Source: Amoebidium appalachense | Lineage: Eukaryota > Protista > Ichthyosporea | Direction of reading: 5' to 3' | Assembly (NCBI GenBank): GCA_963693365.1 | Contig: CAVNZM010000013.1 | Location: 7,487,482-7,551,481, forward strand | DNA length: 64,000 nucleotides | Part shown: positions 14,015-28,101 of the stretch, piece after piece | Position numbering within the stretch: the first letter of the stretch is position 1 | Layout: each line of letters starts with the position of its first letter | The notes under the pieces: generated by a model | Databases searched by the model: none | The model's input: only the letters and a program-made list of their open reading frames with translations | Told to the model about the DNA's origin: nothing | Made by a program: the position numbers and the translations under genes

Positions 14015-14789
14015 GGGTGGTGGTGGTGGTAGGGAGGGAGGGGAGGAGGGGGAGGGGGGGCAGGGAGGGAGGTGGGGGGGGGGGGGGTGGGGGGGGACAA
14101 ACACGGGAACAAACATGGGATCAATGCATACTTATTATTACTGCCGGGCCCCGGTCAACACCCCAGGTGTTATAAGTCACAAACCGTTAGAGGCATGTTC
14201 CCTTTGCATCCATACAGAAGGGCTCTCAGAGTCCCCTCAACACGAGCACGTATGCTGGTGTTCTCAAAGAAAATATGGAGCTGCCAAGAGATAGATTTCG
14301 AACACGGCTAAGTTAGCCTGCCATTATCTTTTTAAATTTATAAAACGACTAAAAAAGGTAGAAGTATGGACGGCAGTTCAATCAAGAGCCCCGGGTCTGC
14401 TTAATTGCTTTACTTTTTTTTCCCCCTTTCAGAAGGCCTAGGGGGAAGGAGGAGGGCAGGGAGTAAGGAGGAGGGATGGATGGTGAAGTGTGCGAATAAG
14501 GCTAGTTCGGTAAAACGGAAAGAAGGAAAGAAGGAAAAAAGACAAGGAAGGCACGACACAACGAAGACGTGTACAGGGAAGGGAAGAGAGGGGGTAGGTG
14601 GGTGAGGGGTTGCGGGTTGTGGTTAGGGGGGGAGGGGGGGGGAGGGGGGAGAAGGGACATCAAGTTCTAGGGAGTGTTCATGAGGAAGGGGGAGAGTGAA
14701 CGTGCCAACGTCTATGTGTATATGTGGAGGGCCGGGGGGGGGGGAGGGGGAGGGGGCATGGGGGTGGGTGGGTGGGTGGGTGGGTGGGT

Positions 14790-14831
<42 letters not shown>

Positions 14832-15445
14832 TAAAATGTGTGTAATGGTGTACTTGGAACCTTTCAAAGCCGACAGCCCAAGACCAGTTTTGCAGAGTTC
14901 ACACACACAGCAGATGCAACACAAAGGAGAAACGAAGGAGATGGGGGGAGAGAAGGGGGGGAAGGGGGGGGGGGAGGGGGGGGGGGGGGGGGGGTTGGGG
15001 GGAGGGAGGGGGGGAGAAAGCAACGAAGCAAAAAAGAAACCTAGCAGGCAGCAACAAATCGACAGCTTCAAAGCCAAACTTTGGTACTGAGCAGGGCAGC
15101 AAAGGAGCAACAGGGTCGAGAGGGTAGAGAAGATGGGATGGGGTACTAAGTTACTGGAGGCTGATAATTGGGTGTTGGAGGGGGAGGGGGGGGGGGGGGG
15201 GGGGGGGGGGGAGGGGATCGGTGATAGACATCATAGGTTTAAGTGTGAATGTTACGAAAAGGGTTTTGGGCGAGTGAGTAAGTGAGTGAGTGAGTGAGTG
15301 AGTGGGTGCATGGGTGGATGGGTGGGTGGGTGGGTGGGTGGGTGGGTGGGTGGGTGGGTGGGTGGGTGGGTGGGTGGGTGGGTGAGTGAGTGAATGAGTG
15401 AATGGGTGGGTGGGTGGGTGGGTGAGTGGGTGCATGAGTGAGTGG

Positions 15446-15502
<57 letters not shown>

Positions 15503-15708
15503 CGCGCGCGCGCGCGTGCGTGTGTGTTCGGAGGGGGGGGGGGGGGTTGGGGGGGGGGGGGGGGGGGGGAGGAGGCACCGTAATCTGAAGCAACTAGCAA
15601 GAGACACAGAGCCAACAGTAAGATGTGAAGCAAAGAAGTTGATCAGCAAAGGGCCAAAGAAGAACACAAACAGATACGAGAGTACAAACATTAGTTCCCC
15701 AAATCCCC

Positions 15709-15739
<31 letters not shown>

Positions 15740-16112
15740 GACAAGTAAAATAAAATAAAATAAAATGTAATGTAATAAAAATACCCACATTTAAAAAGAT
15801 TGCTCCCCCCCAACCCCCTCCCCCACTCGCCCACCCACCCCTCCCTCCCTCCCCCTCCCCATATTACGTATCCTGCTATCTGGCATACCCTACTAATCAT
15901 TTGTCGGGTGGAAGTTCTGTTGGCCTGGTGCCGATACTTAGGCCGGTGGCTCACCTCTAGAGCGACCATAAAAGCTGATGCGGCTACATTAAGAAAAAAT
16001 GAAAACAGCACATCTCATCAACTTGATGGCCTGGTTTTTCGTAGATCCTTTGCACAAACATGATTTTTTTTCCGGATCCTCCCCCCCTCCCCCCCCCCCC
16101 CCCCCCCCCCCC

Positions 16113-16160
<48 letters not shown>

Positions 16161-16513
16161 TAATTTTCGCACACACAGAGTCTCAGACAAAATTGGGGTA
16201 CTGTGGATGACTTGGCCTCCCCACCTAGAATAGGCTTTCGATTTATAATTATGATGCATACGCTATGTGCCCTTGCAGAATCTGCATTATGTTGTCAAAC
16301 GTTTATTACAGGGTCACTCACTTTTTTAAGATAACAGGTAATTGCGGTTTAGGGCTTAGAACCTTAGGGTCCTCGGCCGTAGGGTTAATTATCTTATTCC
16401 CCCCCTCCCCCCTTCCTCCTCCCCCCTCTCCCGTTCTGTCACAACGGTCCTTTTTGTGGACTGCGGGTATTTCTTTCTTTCTTTCTTCTTCTTCTTCTTT
16501 TTTTTTTTTTTTT

Positions 16514-16557
<44 letters not shown>

Positions 16558-16642
16558 AAGGGGGGGACACACACGCCGTGCACCGTGGCACGGAGACACG
16601 CACACACATTGTAGTAGTAGCAAACACATGTACACACACCCA

Positions 16643-16723
<81 letters not shown>

Positions 16724-16817
16724 CACACACACATCACACACACACACACACTTAGTAGCAAACGAACACAAACTCCAAATGTACATACAGTGTGACACAC
16801 ATCTTCGCACAGAACCC

Positions 16818-16848
<31 letters not shown>

Positions 16849-17286
16849 ACACACACCCTCCCCCCCCCCCTCCCCCCCCCCCCCCCCCCCCCCAAAAAAG
16901 GAAAAAGATGAAAAAGAAAAACTCCCGCAGCCCAGAAAAAGGATCCACAGGACAGGGGGGGGGGGGGGGGGGAGGGGGGGGGGGGAGGGGGGAGGGGGGG
17001 GGGGGAGAACACACACATACACTGTGCACCGTGACAGGGAGACACACACACACACTTTGTGATACACACACGTGGCACAGGCACACAAACACACCCAGTG
17101 GCAAACGAACTAAAAACCCAAATGTACACACAGATATATTTTCGCACAGCAAGGCACCTGAGAGCCACGGAGTATAAATAAGGCACATGTCCGGGCAACG
17201 TGGGCCCATTAATGTAAACCGTTACACTCTTTCTTAGCCGGTTGCACACACACACACACATACACACACACACATACACACAGTCA

Positions 17287-17406
<120 letters not shown>

Positions 17407-18858
17407 CACACACACACACAAAGACAGAACGCCCACCCACCCACCCACCCACCCACCTACCCACCCACCCACCCACACACACACATTTCTGTTGTTTGGT
17501 GACGAACAAAGGCTTCCGGAGAACTTCAAGCTCATCAGAAACGAAATATGATCGATATCTCCTGCACATAAGGACTTTTCTTGTGCACTGCGCCCGGATA
17601 GTAATACTGATACCACTCGGACTAAGCAGGGAACCACACTCCCAACTTCGATCCCCTCCCCCTCCCCCCCCTCCCCCCCCCCCTCTCTCCGTTATCCCAG
17701 CCTCGGTAGCCCCTAGAATCTTATTCTTCCAACAAATCTAGTACTAAATATCTTATAGGTGAATCATCTTAATCCTGATGACCCCTGTAGTAAGCCAATC
17801 ATTGATGATACACACACACACCCTTCCCCCCACCCCTTCTTTCGTGGAAAAAGGGGGAGCTGCAAGTTAGGTACCGTTGGAGTCACAGCTACTATAAATT
17901 CTTGAGCCAATAACATCCTGCAGCACCATCATATTAACTTATAAATCTATACATCCTTAACTACTCCTTAGTCGAAGAATTAATGTTACGTTTTGCGAAG
18001 TGTTAAAAATTACCGAATCATTATGTTTAACTCTCCCAAGCAGAAGTAGACTTGATTGATAACTGCAAGGAATTCCACGTGTTACTTATATAATATACTC
18101 GTGAAACTGGTGAAGACAAGTTAAACTAGCTAGACATCTTCTATTTCTCCTCCCCTTCAAGCCCCGGGGCATAACTCTTAAATTGGGACTGGTTCTGCTT
18201 CCAGTGATGCATATACTCTTCTGTGTGAGTCTTTGCATTGTGTTGTCCGTGCCGTGATGATGCCTTTGGGCATTTCGTACTCTAATAGTATGCATCCCCC
18301 TCCCCCCCCCCCCCCCCCACCCCCACCCCACACCCCCACCCCCACCCCACACCCCCCACCCCCCTCACCCCGGGCCCCCCCAAAAGAATAATGTTGCAAT
18401 CCGAATACTATTACTTACTGAGTAACTTGAAATAACAATGATGAAGACCTCCATAAAAAGAATCGAGGAAAAAAATCTTAAGCGGGAGAGCCGGATTGGA
18501 AGAGAGAAGAAGTGACCGACAAAGGTGGAGATGGAGGGGAGGGGGAGAGGACAGAGAGAGAGAGAGGGGGGGGGGGAGAGAGAGAGGGGGGGGGGGAAGG
18601 GGGGGAGGATGGGGGGGAGGGGGAGAGAGAGAGGCCTGGAGCCTGGCCTGTATTATGTATTCTTTGGCCGATGTCCCTCTTCATTGATGTCGGTATTGAT
18701 TCTCCCCCCTCCGCCCCCCCTCCCCCCTCCCCTCCCCCCCCCCCCCCCCCCCCTCTCCGGATCCCCCTCCCCTCCTCCTCCCCCAATACACCTACTAGTT
18801 ATCATCTATTCACAGCCGGGGCCCGCGTGTGTGTATACGTAAGAAATCATGGAGGGTA

Positions 18859-18981
<123 letters not shown>

Positions 18982-19957
18982 AGGGGCCCGGGGGAGAGGA
19001 GGGGGATCCGGAGGGGGCCTCGGGGGACACTGTGTCGGCCATAATGATCATAATCATTATGATGCACTGAATTCGAACAGGTAAGAGTTAATATTCGTGT
19101 CGATAATGACATCGTGCCCATCATATGCCTTGTACATGTGCCTGATCATTACATAGGATGTAGTGAACTATAATACATATTATCAACATGATATCATCCA
19201 TCCATCCCCCCCCCCCCCCCCCCCCCCCCCGGCGATACCCAATTCGATTCCCCCCCCCTCCCCCCCCCCCCCCCCCCCCTTCGAATCCCCCCGTCAGAAT
19301 ATTGTGATGGTTGATAGTATCCAAGCTGCCAAGTGCAAACGTGTTTAGCTTGTGATAAACGGACAGTGTCAGTAGGGTTCGAAAGATCCGGACGTGGAGG
19401 GGGGGAGGTGAGGTAGTTGCGAATATATGCGATTTGATTGGCTAAATGGGAGGAGGGTAAACGATAAAAACACTTTTGCCCAATCGCTGACACGGATGTT
19501 GAAGGGCAAATAAGTGGGTGTTTATAGCCCCAATAACGAACGGAGAACGGATACCGGGGACAAATACTGTAATTTGAACTTTTGAGGTACAAAGTTTGAC
19601 TACTTTGGGGGTCTCAATACGCGCTTGGAGATTTTTCTCCTATCTCGGTACCAATTGTCTAGATCGTTGCGCTGTTTGCAGCGAGCGTGGCAACTTGGTT
19701 TTGGGCAGCTATGGCACGTTACCACCCAGTAAAACGTAACGGGGCACTCACTAAACGTACTGAAACAAACCAAGCACATGTGCTTCTTTTCAAAAGTACT
19801 TCGCGTAGCCACGTAACGGCGTTGTTGAGTCATTTGCCCACACAATACAAAATATGGGTTCCCGCAAGGTTGGTTCTGGTGGTGGAATGAGAACCTGGCA
19901 GGTCGTTCTGCCGCTGTTTGCTGTCGCCCTGGGTGCACAGGTGTGTACACATGTATA

Positions 19958-20022
<65 letters not shown>

Positions 20023-20028
20023 CCCCCC

Positions 20029-20059
<31 letters not shown>

Positions 20060-20177
20060 ACCCCTCTCTTCCTGTCCCAAACGCCCAACGCCCGCACACG
20101 TACCTCCTAGTTTCTCGCGACAGGAACCGTGACACATAGACACACCCAAACACACACACACACACACACACACACGC

Positions 20178-20213
<36 letters not shown>

Positions 20214-20661
20214 TGTGCACACTGTGATACACACAGAAACACACACACGCACACACGTGTACACACATGAGCACATGCACACACACGTATATGCATGACG
20301 TGGATCACAAACACACACACTCTTCAACATTCGTTTTCTCATAACAGTTTTGGAATAATCAATATTGTACCTGTGCGAGGGGCATGAGAAACCGGCCCCA
20401 TCTAGCAGACGGGAGCCCCGCATTCGCCTGCCAGTACTAGTATCTTGTTTAGCTTGTGTGATAAACGGAGATGGGTCTGTGAGAGAGGCTATTGTGTTAA
20501 AATTTGGAACGCCATGCGGCCATGGCATAGCGATGATACTGCGATGGCTAAAAGTGGCATTCCGGGATATCGATTGCTTCGGAATGTGTACAGGATCTCT
20601 AAATGCACATGCCCTCTCCCTCGCAGCTCCGCGGCCGGCACTCCCTCCCCCCTCCCCTTAG

Positions 20662-20696
<35 letters not shown>

Positions 20697-21624
20697 GCTA
20701 TTCGGCCATATGAAGACATAGGCATGAATTTTCTTTGGGGTAACGATCGAACATCGAAATGGGAAAGGCTGTGCTCCGGTTCGTGACATTTTTAGCTTGC
20801 AGGCGGCAATGCATTATGAACTTGCCAGACTGCCAGCTGAGAGTGGTCAAAGATATCGATTTCGATAATAGTGTTCCCGAGGCAGAGACCCAACAGCAGC
20901 ATTTTTATTTTTCTATAACCGAGTGGTGCCTAACAGAGTGCACAGGTTAACGTATTGGACGGAAAACAACGAGGAATTCGAACAGACACAGAATATTGCA
21001 ACCGGAGCTGTTACACCGCCGAGCTCGAGTAAAGTACGACAACTGATACAACTGACTGATTTCGACCCAGACCGACCTTACACGGGAGCCAATCACAATC
21101 TATACTTAACCAATTGGTTACACCCTTATGCATACCACAGGTTAAAAATAGAAAACTAATACACCTCTCTCTACACAGCTCAGAAACAATTAAATATGAT
21201 TTATCTCTCACTCATATGACTTCGTATAAATATTTATATTATTTTCATCACTGAAATCTACATACAAATATATGTTCTTGTCGATACGAACTCTTGCTCA
21301 AGCTAAACTAGCTACGCAGTTCCAAATATCCAATTCCATTGTCAACCAATAGGAGTCAACTCCCGGAGAACCTGATGCATACATACCTAGTAAACAACAT
21401 ACCAAAGTTAAAACCGATCGCTAAAGTAGGTCCGTGATCTCAGATAAAAAACAAACAAGAAGAACACACAGACACGTGAGGCACGTGATCGGAGACCGTT
21501 GCACAACGCGATATATGAAGCAGCCCTCCCTCCAATTTTCGACAACGACGGCTTGTACAGCTTTGCCGTCTTGTCTTCGAAACATCGCCGTGGCACCACG
21601 ACACCAGCCCACGGCGAAAACAAA

Positions 21625-23196
21625 ATGGACTTTCAATGGCGACTTGCCCGCCTGGCGGTGCTTCTGCTTTTGGCTTATGAGCAAGTTGGGGCCCATCGCA
21701 CCTTTTCACCCCTTCCTAGAGATTTTTCCTTCCACGCACCCTCTTCTGCCCGCACCACCGCCGGCCGCCCCTCAGCCAGCCGCCCATGGCACCACCCCGG
21801 GTGGAAAACGACCTGGACCTCCGCTTATAATTATAAGTCTCTTTCCAAATCGGACAGCAGCTTCGAGGCCGACTGGTTGACCTGCCGCCACGACCCACAG
21901 GAACTCCAAAACTCAAACTATGACCGCTGGTGCCAGGGCCGCTTCCCTTCTTCCTCCTCGTCGAAGGCCTCGCGTTTTATGGCGTATGCTGTGAACAAAG
22001 ATCGGATTCCCACTAGTGCAAAAGCGGTTACGGAAAAGGGGAAAGTGTGTGCGCCAGTGGCCTTCGATCGTGCTCTGGCACTGAAGATGTCCTACATCTC
22101 CAGTGCCGTGTACAACACAAACCCAGCCAGTGACAAGTCGTGGCCTGCGGGAATGAAAGTCCTCCACTCTTCTGCTGTGGAGCCCGGATCAGACTATGGG
22201 CTCCTGGCACGCACCGCCGACGGCAACCTTGTGCTTGCATTTAGAGGCACTGATGATGGCAACGACTGGCTGTCCAATTCGAACATCGGATCTTCACTGC
22301 TGGTTTCTGGTGTGGATCAGAAAGGGCCCCAGATACATCCAAAGGTACACGGTGGGTTCCTCGCCGGGTTCAACAAGATGCGCATAAAAGAGACGTGCAC
22401 CAGCAGTTACGTTGTTTTCAGCAAGTGCACGTACGACCACTCCCACCTGTACACGGCGCTGCTCAACGAGCTGCAAACCTCCCCGCCAACAACCAAAGTT
22501 TTCATCACGGGGCATTCTCGCGGTGGTGCCATTGCCTCTATTGCCGCTCTCCACCTCATGTACGACCTTGAACTCAACAAGTTCAGCCCCTCGGCCCAGA
22601 ATGCACTGAATGCGCTCCGTAGCGGTCGCAACATCTATGTCTACACATACGGTGAACCGCGGCAGCTGGAATTCCGGGGGGAGCCAAATACGGACACGTC
22701 GAAACTAGACGCAATCAACAAGTTTCGGTTCACCTACTACGGTGACCCGGTCCCGGGTATCCCCCCCACCGGAACTATGTGCTTCTTCGATGATTACTGC
22801 GAGACGTGGCGCCATTGGGGTCTTGTTCACAGGTACGATGAAATGTCCCTATTTGGTCACATGCAAGCAGTTATGGTTGGCTAACGCACTGACATGGGGT
22901 ACTTTGGTCCGAGTATTCCGCCTGCAAGGCTTACCTACATGTACAGTACTAGAGCAGTCATGCAGCATGGTTGAGGCTGTAGGAGTGAAACACTGTGAAT
23001 TCCAAACAATCTAGGAAGGTTGCAGTTGAATGTGCTAGTGAATATAGCAAACGCTTGTCTGTTCAATACTGCCTCTCGGCCTGCATTTCATTCAATTTGG
23101 GACTTCAAGTAACATTTGCTGCTTTCTTATTATACAGCAGAACTGTTACGGCTGGGGGAGTCCCTCAAAAAGGTTTAAGGGACGGTGGGGAAGGGT

Positions 23197-23230
<34 letters not shown>

Positions 23231-24059
23231 GCAGAGGGGAAAACCTCGGAGAGCGGTACCGTAAGCAAGAGATGGGAGGGGGGGGGGGGGGATGGGGGGG
23301 GGGGCGGGGGAGGATCCTCGCTTAAAGGTATGGGGAAGATGGGGGAGGGTTTGACTTAATACTGCCTAAGTGAAGATTGCTACACTTTTATGCCGTCTAA
23401 TAATTTGGATTTTCCACTTGGAAACGGAAATGATGCTGACATGCCACCTACCCACTTAAACACGCAGATTGTGGCAGGACGACCCCAAGACCCCCGAAAG
23501 CGCCAGCTGGGGAGGAGACCAATACGGGCTGGTGGGGATGCTTGAGAACAGGTGCATGAACGGCAACTTCCCCGACACGTATGTTGATTGGTCGAGCGAC
23601 GTTTGGCGCCACTCAATCAAGGATTCCTATTCGCAGACGTTCCATCGGCTTATTCCTATTCGCTCGGAAGATCTCCCCGCCGGTTGGTACTATGAGGCAT
23701 GCCTGCACACAGACAACACTTGCGCACCCACGACACTTAAGTTTGGCACGTGTATACTTCTTGCTAAAGGAGGCAATCCATTTACGCCAATGTGCATGGC
23801 ATGGCCCGAAACGACCGCGCCCCCACGTGTGTCTGTGTCGCTGGATACCTCTAACGGGACGGCAGGTTCGGACATGGTTTATGCGTCTTGTACGGACGAT
23901 TCGTGCAGTACACAGGTGCCGGGAACGCAGAAGTACACTGGGGGCGCCTTTAAGTGTATGGGCCCTATGAAGGTTACCTCCGGTGGTGTTGCTAGTGATG
24001 TGTACATTCTTGCCCGTCCCACATACACCGGGTCGGTGTACCCTGAACCCTGGGATTAG
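21625..24059 (+). CDS. Secreted lipase, class 3 (Lipase_3 alpha/beta hydrolase) with Cys-rich C-terminal extension, 2 exons, about 599 aa
   Basis: ATG at 21625 with signal peptide-like MDFQWRLARLAVLLLLAYEQVGA. Motifs LVLAFRGT, KVHGGF, ITGHSRGG (GxSxG), YTYGEPR and GDPVPGIP. Exon 1 is 21625-22832 (AG|GTACGA, phase 2) and exon 2 is 23468-24059. Exon 2 supplies a candidate catalytic His (DVWRHSI). Confidence 0.88.
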
Positions 24060-24829
24060 TTTTTGTGTTCCTCCACACCCCCACTGAAATTTTAATGTCT
24101 TAAACGGGAAATTTTCATGGTCGTTAATTGTTTAGGGGTTTGTTCGTATGTATATTTGGTGTTGGGGGAGATGGGGGGGAGAGGGGGGGGGGGGGGGGGG
24201 GAGAACCCAGCCATCGAATAGGTGAACCCAGCCTGTCCCCTTCCCCCCTCCCTCTCCCCCCCCCCCCAAGGGAGGGGAGGGGAGACCCACCCACCCCATA
24301 GGCTGCCATAATAGGACTATATCAGATAGCCTCAGTGATCGTATATCGTACTACACTTAGCAGCGGCTCAATATATTCCCCAGACGTAAACATTGAGGCG
24401 TAACTTATAGAAGCCATATGTCGTAAGGTCATACTCTGCGGACCCCCCCCCCTCCTTTCCGCCACCCACCTCCCCTCTCCCCCGGACCCCCTCAGGCTGT
24501 CCCCCCCCCCCCCCCCCCCCCCCCCACTCTCCCCGCCCCCCTCTCGCACTCGCCTCTAGTTGCTCCACCTCCTGCGCACACACGCGCACAAAGTTTCACA
24601 CGTAGTTAATACACACGTACTCATCACCACGCATGTACCACACACACACACACGAGGTGCACAAACGTTGACCAGCGATGAGCACCTGACATGAACATGC
24701 AGATACACTCACCCACATCACACATACATGCATTCCCCGCCACACACATACACACACGAACACTGCATCGTTAGCACGATAACCTTGCCCCCAATAATTC
24801 AACATGTAAATTAGATGACCGTTGCATGT

Positions 24830-24863
<34 letters not shown>

Positions 24864-26383
24864 TGAACGTGTGTGTGTGCGTGCGCAAGTGCACGTGTAT
24901 CTACTTATGAAATGTGCAGGGTGAGGGAGGGGGGAGGGGGGAGGTGAGTGAGGCGGGACAGGTCTGGGCCTGGGGGGGAAGGAGCCGTGGATAGAAGGGG
25001 TCGTTAGAAACTGTTATGGAGCTTATAAAACACATTGCTGAGGACAATACAAAGCAGACCTTGCAAAGAACACACAATGTGTCTACTGTGCATCCGGCAG
25101 AAGAAGAGCACCAGCACGAAGGGGTGGGATGTGTGTGTGTGTGTGCGCGCAAGTGGGGGGAGGGCCGGGAGGGGGGGGGGGGGGGGGGGGGGGGGGTGGG
25201 GGGCGGGGAGAAAGAGGATCAGTGGCCAAAACTGAGGCAATTCCTCAAATAAAAAAAAAAAAAAGAATACATGTCACTTCGGTGGGTGAAAAAGGGACTC
25301 TGGCCGTGATCACGCGCATGCGCGGGAAGGGAGGGAGGGCGGGGGGTGGGGACACACCACCTCACCCACCCACTGTCCCTCCTCTCCCCGGAGGGTAGTT
25401 GGGGAACCACCCACCCCCCGGCGGCTACCCTTTTTTGGGGGGGGGGGGGAGGGGGGGGAACCCACCCACCCCCACGAGGGGTTGGTCCCCCCTCCCCCCC
25501 CCCCCCCCCCCCCCCCCCCCCGGAGGTGGTGGGGAGGGGAGTACCACCACTGCCAGGGCGGCCGTCGATATTTACTACTCCCCCCCCCTCCCCCTCCCCC
25601 CCCCCCCCCTTTCATTCAACCAGTAAAAATCCCTAGCCTGCTTGCCTGAACGTGTCTATTCTAGGGGTTGGTCATACTCTGCTACATAGTTGTATTGTTG
25701 AGTTGAGGGACTTTGCTGTGCAGTGCTTCAAGGCTGAAACGGCAGTAAACTGTGGTGTCACCACATTAAAATGTGCTGCATTATGAAACATGGGCTGCCC
25801 CCTACCCCGTTCCCCTCCCCCCCCAACCCCCAACCACCCCTCCAATTTCTCACCTTCTCACCCCTCCCCCCCCCCCCCCCTCCTCCCCCCCCCCCCCCCT
25901 TGCCGCCACACACACTGCCTATGTACACACACACACAACACACACATGCGGAAAAAAAAAAAGAAAAAAAAAAAAAATCAAGGGGTTTCACTGTTCTCAC
26001 CCACCCACTCAGAAGCACCCAGATACAAACGACTGCACATTAACTCAAATACACAGTACACACAATCATACACACACACACACATGCACAAGCACACGCA
26101 CACACAAACACATACATGCGCGCGGGCGCGCGCACACACACACACACACAAACACACACACAACACATAAACACACACACAACACACAAACACACACACA
26201 CACACACACAACACACACACACACACATGTCGTGTACACAAACAAAAGCACATGTCGTGTACACACACAAAAGCACAAAAGCATACACAAGCCCACAAAT
26301 GTGGGGAATCGATGTATGTGTCCGTGCACTGAGTCACACATTTGTCCATGCAGTCACACAAGAAACTTAAGAGGTGCCGGCAG

Positions 26384-26435
<52 letters not shown>

Positions 26436-27117
26436 CCCGAGATGCATGTACGAATTCACCCAGGCGCCCAGACAGCCACCCACCTACACACAACACGCAT
26501 GGACGGAACTACTGTTACATATATCACCCATACTGAGTGCCTTTCCATACAGCCATGCAAAGTTTCATGAACTCACCACACGTGCACATTCGTTGGCACA
26601 TAAAAGTTCCGAGATGGCGGAACTATAAGGTACACCGCCCGTTTTGTGCTTAAAACTTCAACACACACGCAGGCACTCGAATACACGTTATTCCTCATAC
26701 GACAATCCAACCTTCGCGCCGATATGGTATTGTCTCCACCGCCCAAAGGAAACACTGTGATCAGGACAGTAAACTTTGCTGCTTCATGGGAATGAAAACG
26801 TAGATATTGTTTTGTGAGAAAAGATGTAGGCCCCGTCCCAATGTTGTGGGAATGACATTCCGGGGCAAGGAAAAAAGAATGAAAAATTCTCGAATCGCAA
26901 TAAAAAACAACAATCGACATGGCAGATTCCCGTTTCCCAAAACGAAGCCAGGCAAATAAAAAACCCTAACAATCCGCTGTATTGGCAACCCACAAGTATT
27001 TTTGTGCTGTGAGACCCACAGCTAGATGTTGTCTAATGGTCTTGCTCTCCCGGTGTTCTTTCCACAAAATCCCCCCCCCCTCACCCCGACCCCCCCTCCC
27101 CTCTCCCTTCATTCCCC

Positions 27118-27148
<31 letters not shown>

Positions 27149-27489
27149 AAAAAAAAAAAAAACCACCCACCCACCCACCCACCCCACCACGTCTTTGCAT
27201 TTATCTTTTTTTCACTTTTCATTTTCTTTTACTTTTCAGTAATTCAAGTAAGTCCGACTGCTCTCCCGCTCCCCGTCTTTCTTTAAACGGCCAGCCTGGG
27301 GTGGTAACCTGAGTTGCCCTGCCTGTCCCAGATGTGGTTGGGATGAGCAGTGTCTCCGCACGCACAGACATACAAATACGGGGGAGACACCCCCCCTTTT
27401 TTTTTTTTGGGGGGGGGGGGGGGGGGAGGGGGAGGGATTGAAGGGGATGGGGGAAGGGGAAGGAGGGGGGGGGGGGGGGGGGATGGAGT

Positions 27490-27627
27490 ATGCGGTGGTA
27501 CGTGCCATAGATCTCGCATGTACGGGAACAGTTGGGCCATTGGAGTGGACGGCTCGAATCGACCTGCCATATAAAGTGGTTGAACGATGAGGCTGTCAAT
27601 TGGATACGTATGTTTTTTTTTTTTTTT

Positions 27628-27680
<53 letters not shown>

Positions 27681-28040
27681 CTGCCGGGAATGTAAGGAGA
27701 CTGGTAAAAATGAAAAACGGCTGGGGGTGAATACATATGATGGCAAGAGAAGGATCTTGATCACAAGGTCTGCGGTTTAATAGAAAGGTGGTGATAAGGG
27801 TGGTGATGACGCACGTGTAACTTTTGTTATGAAGGGGGGAGTCTGTCTCTCAGTCTACCTGATGTGGTAGTTTGCAGTTGTTCTAGCAGTTGTAAGAAGT
27901 GCTTCCAGGCTGTTTGCAGCCGGATGGACATGTCTTCATGAATACAGTGAAAAAGAAGTAGTAAGGTAAATAAAATATGGAGGCAAGACCCTGTGGGTCA
28001 GGCAGCTCGTCGTCGTCATCGATCGTCAAAGGTTCATGTG
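27490..28040 (-). pseudogene. Possible ancient LINE RT thumb remnant
   Basis: The minus strand reads HEDMSIRLQTAWKHFLQLLEQLQ, resembling the LINE thumb pattern I..RI..AW..F..L. Heavily decayed. Confidence 0.28.
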
Positions 28041-28056
28041 GGGTGGGTGGTGGTCC

Positions 28057-28101
<45 letters not shown>

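Noticed and set aside
16345-16390. Telomere-like TTAGGG motifs (also near 5346)
   Set aside because: Only 2-3 scattered, degenerate units; not an array.
17890-18290. Possible Polinton-type DNA polymerase remnant on the minus strand
   Set aside because: Many stops and no diagnostic polymerase motif. The resemblance is too weak to support.
21499-21624. Upstream extension of the lipase ORF
   Set aside because: It begins at a non-ATG codon, and the ATG at 21625 is followed by a signal peptide.
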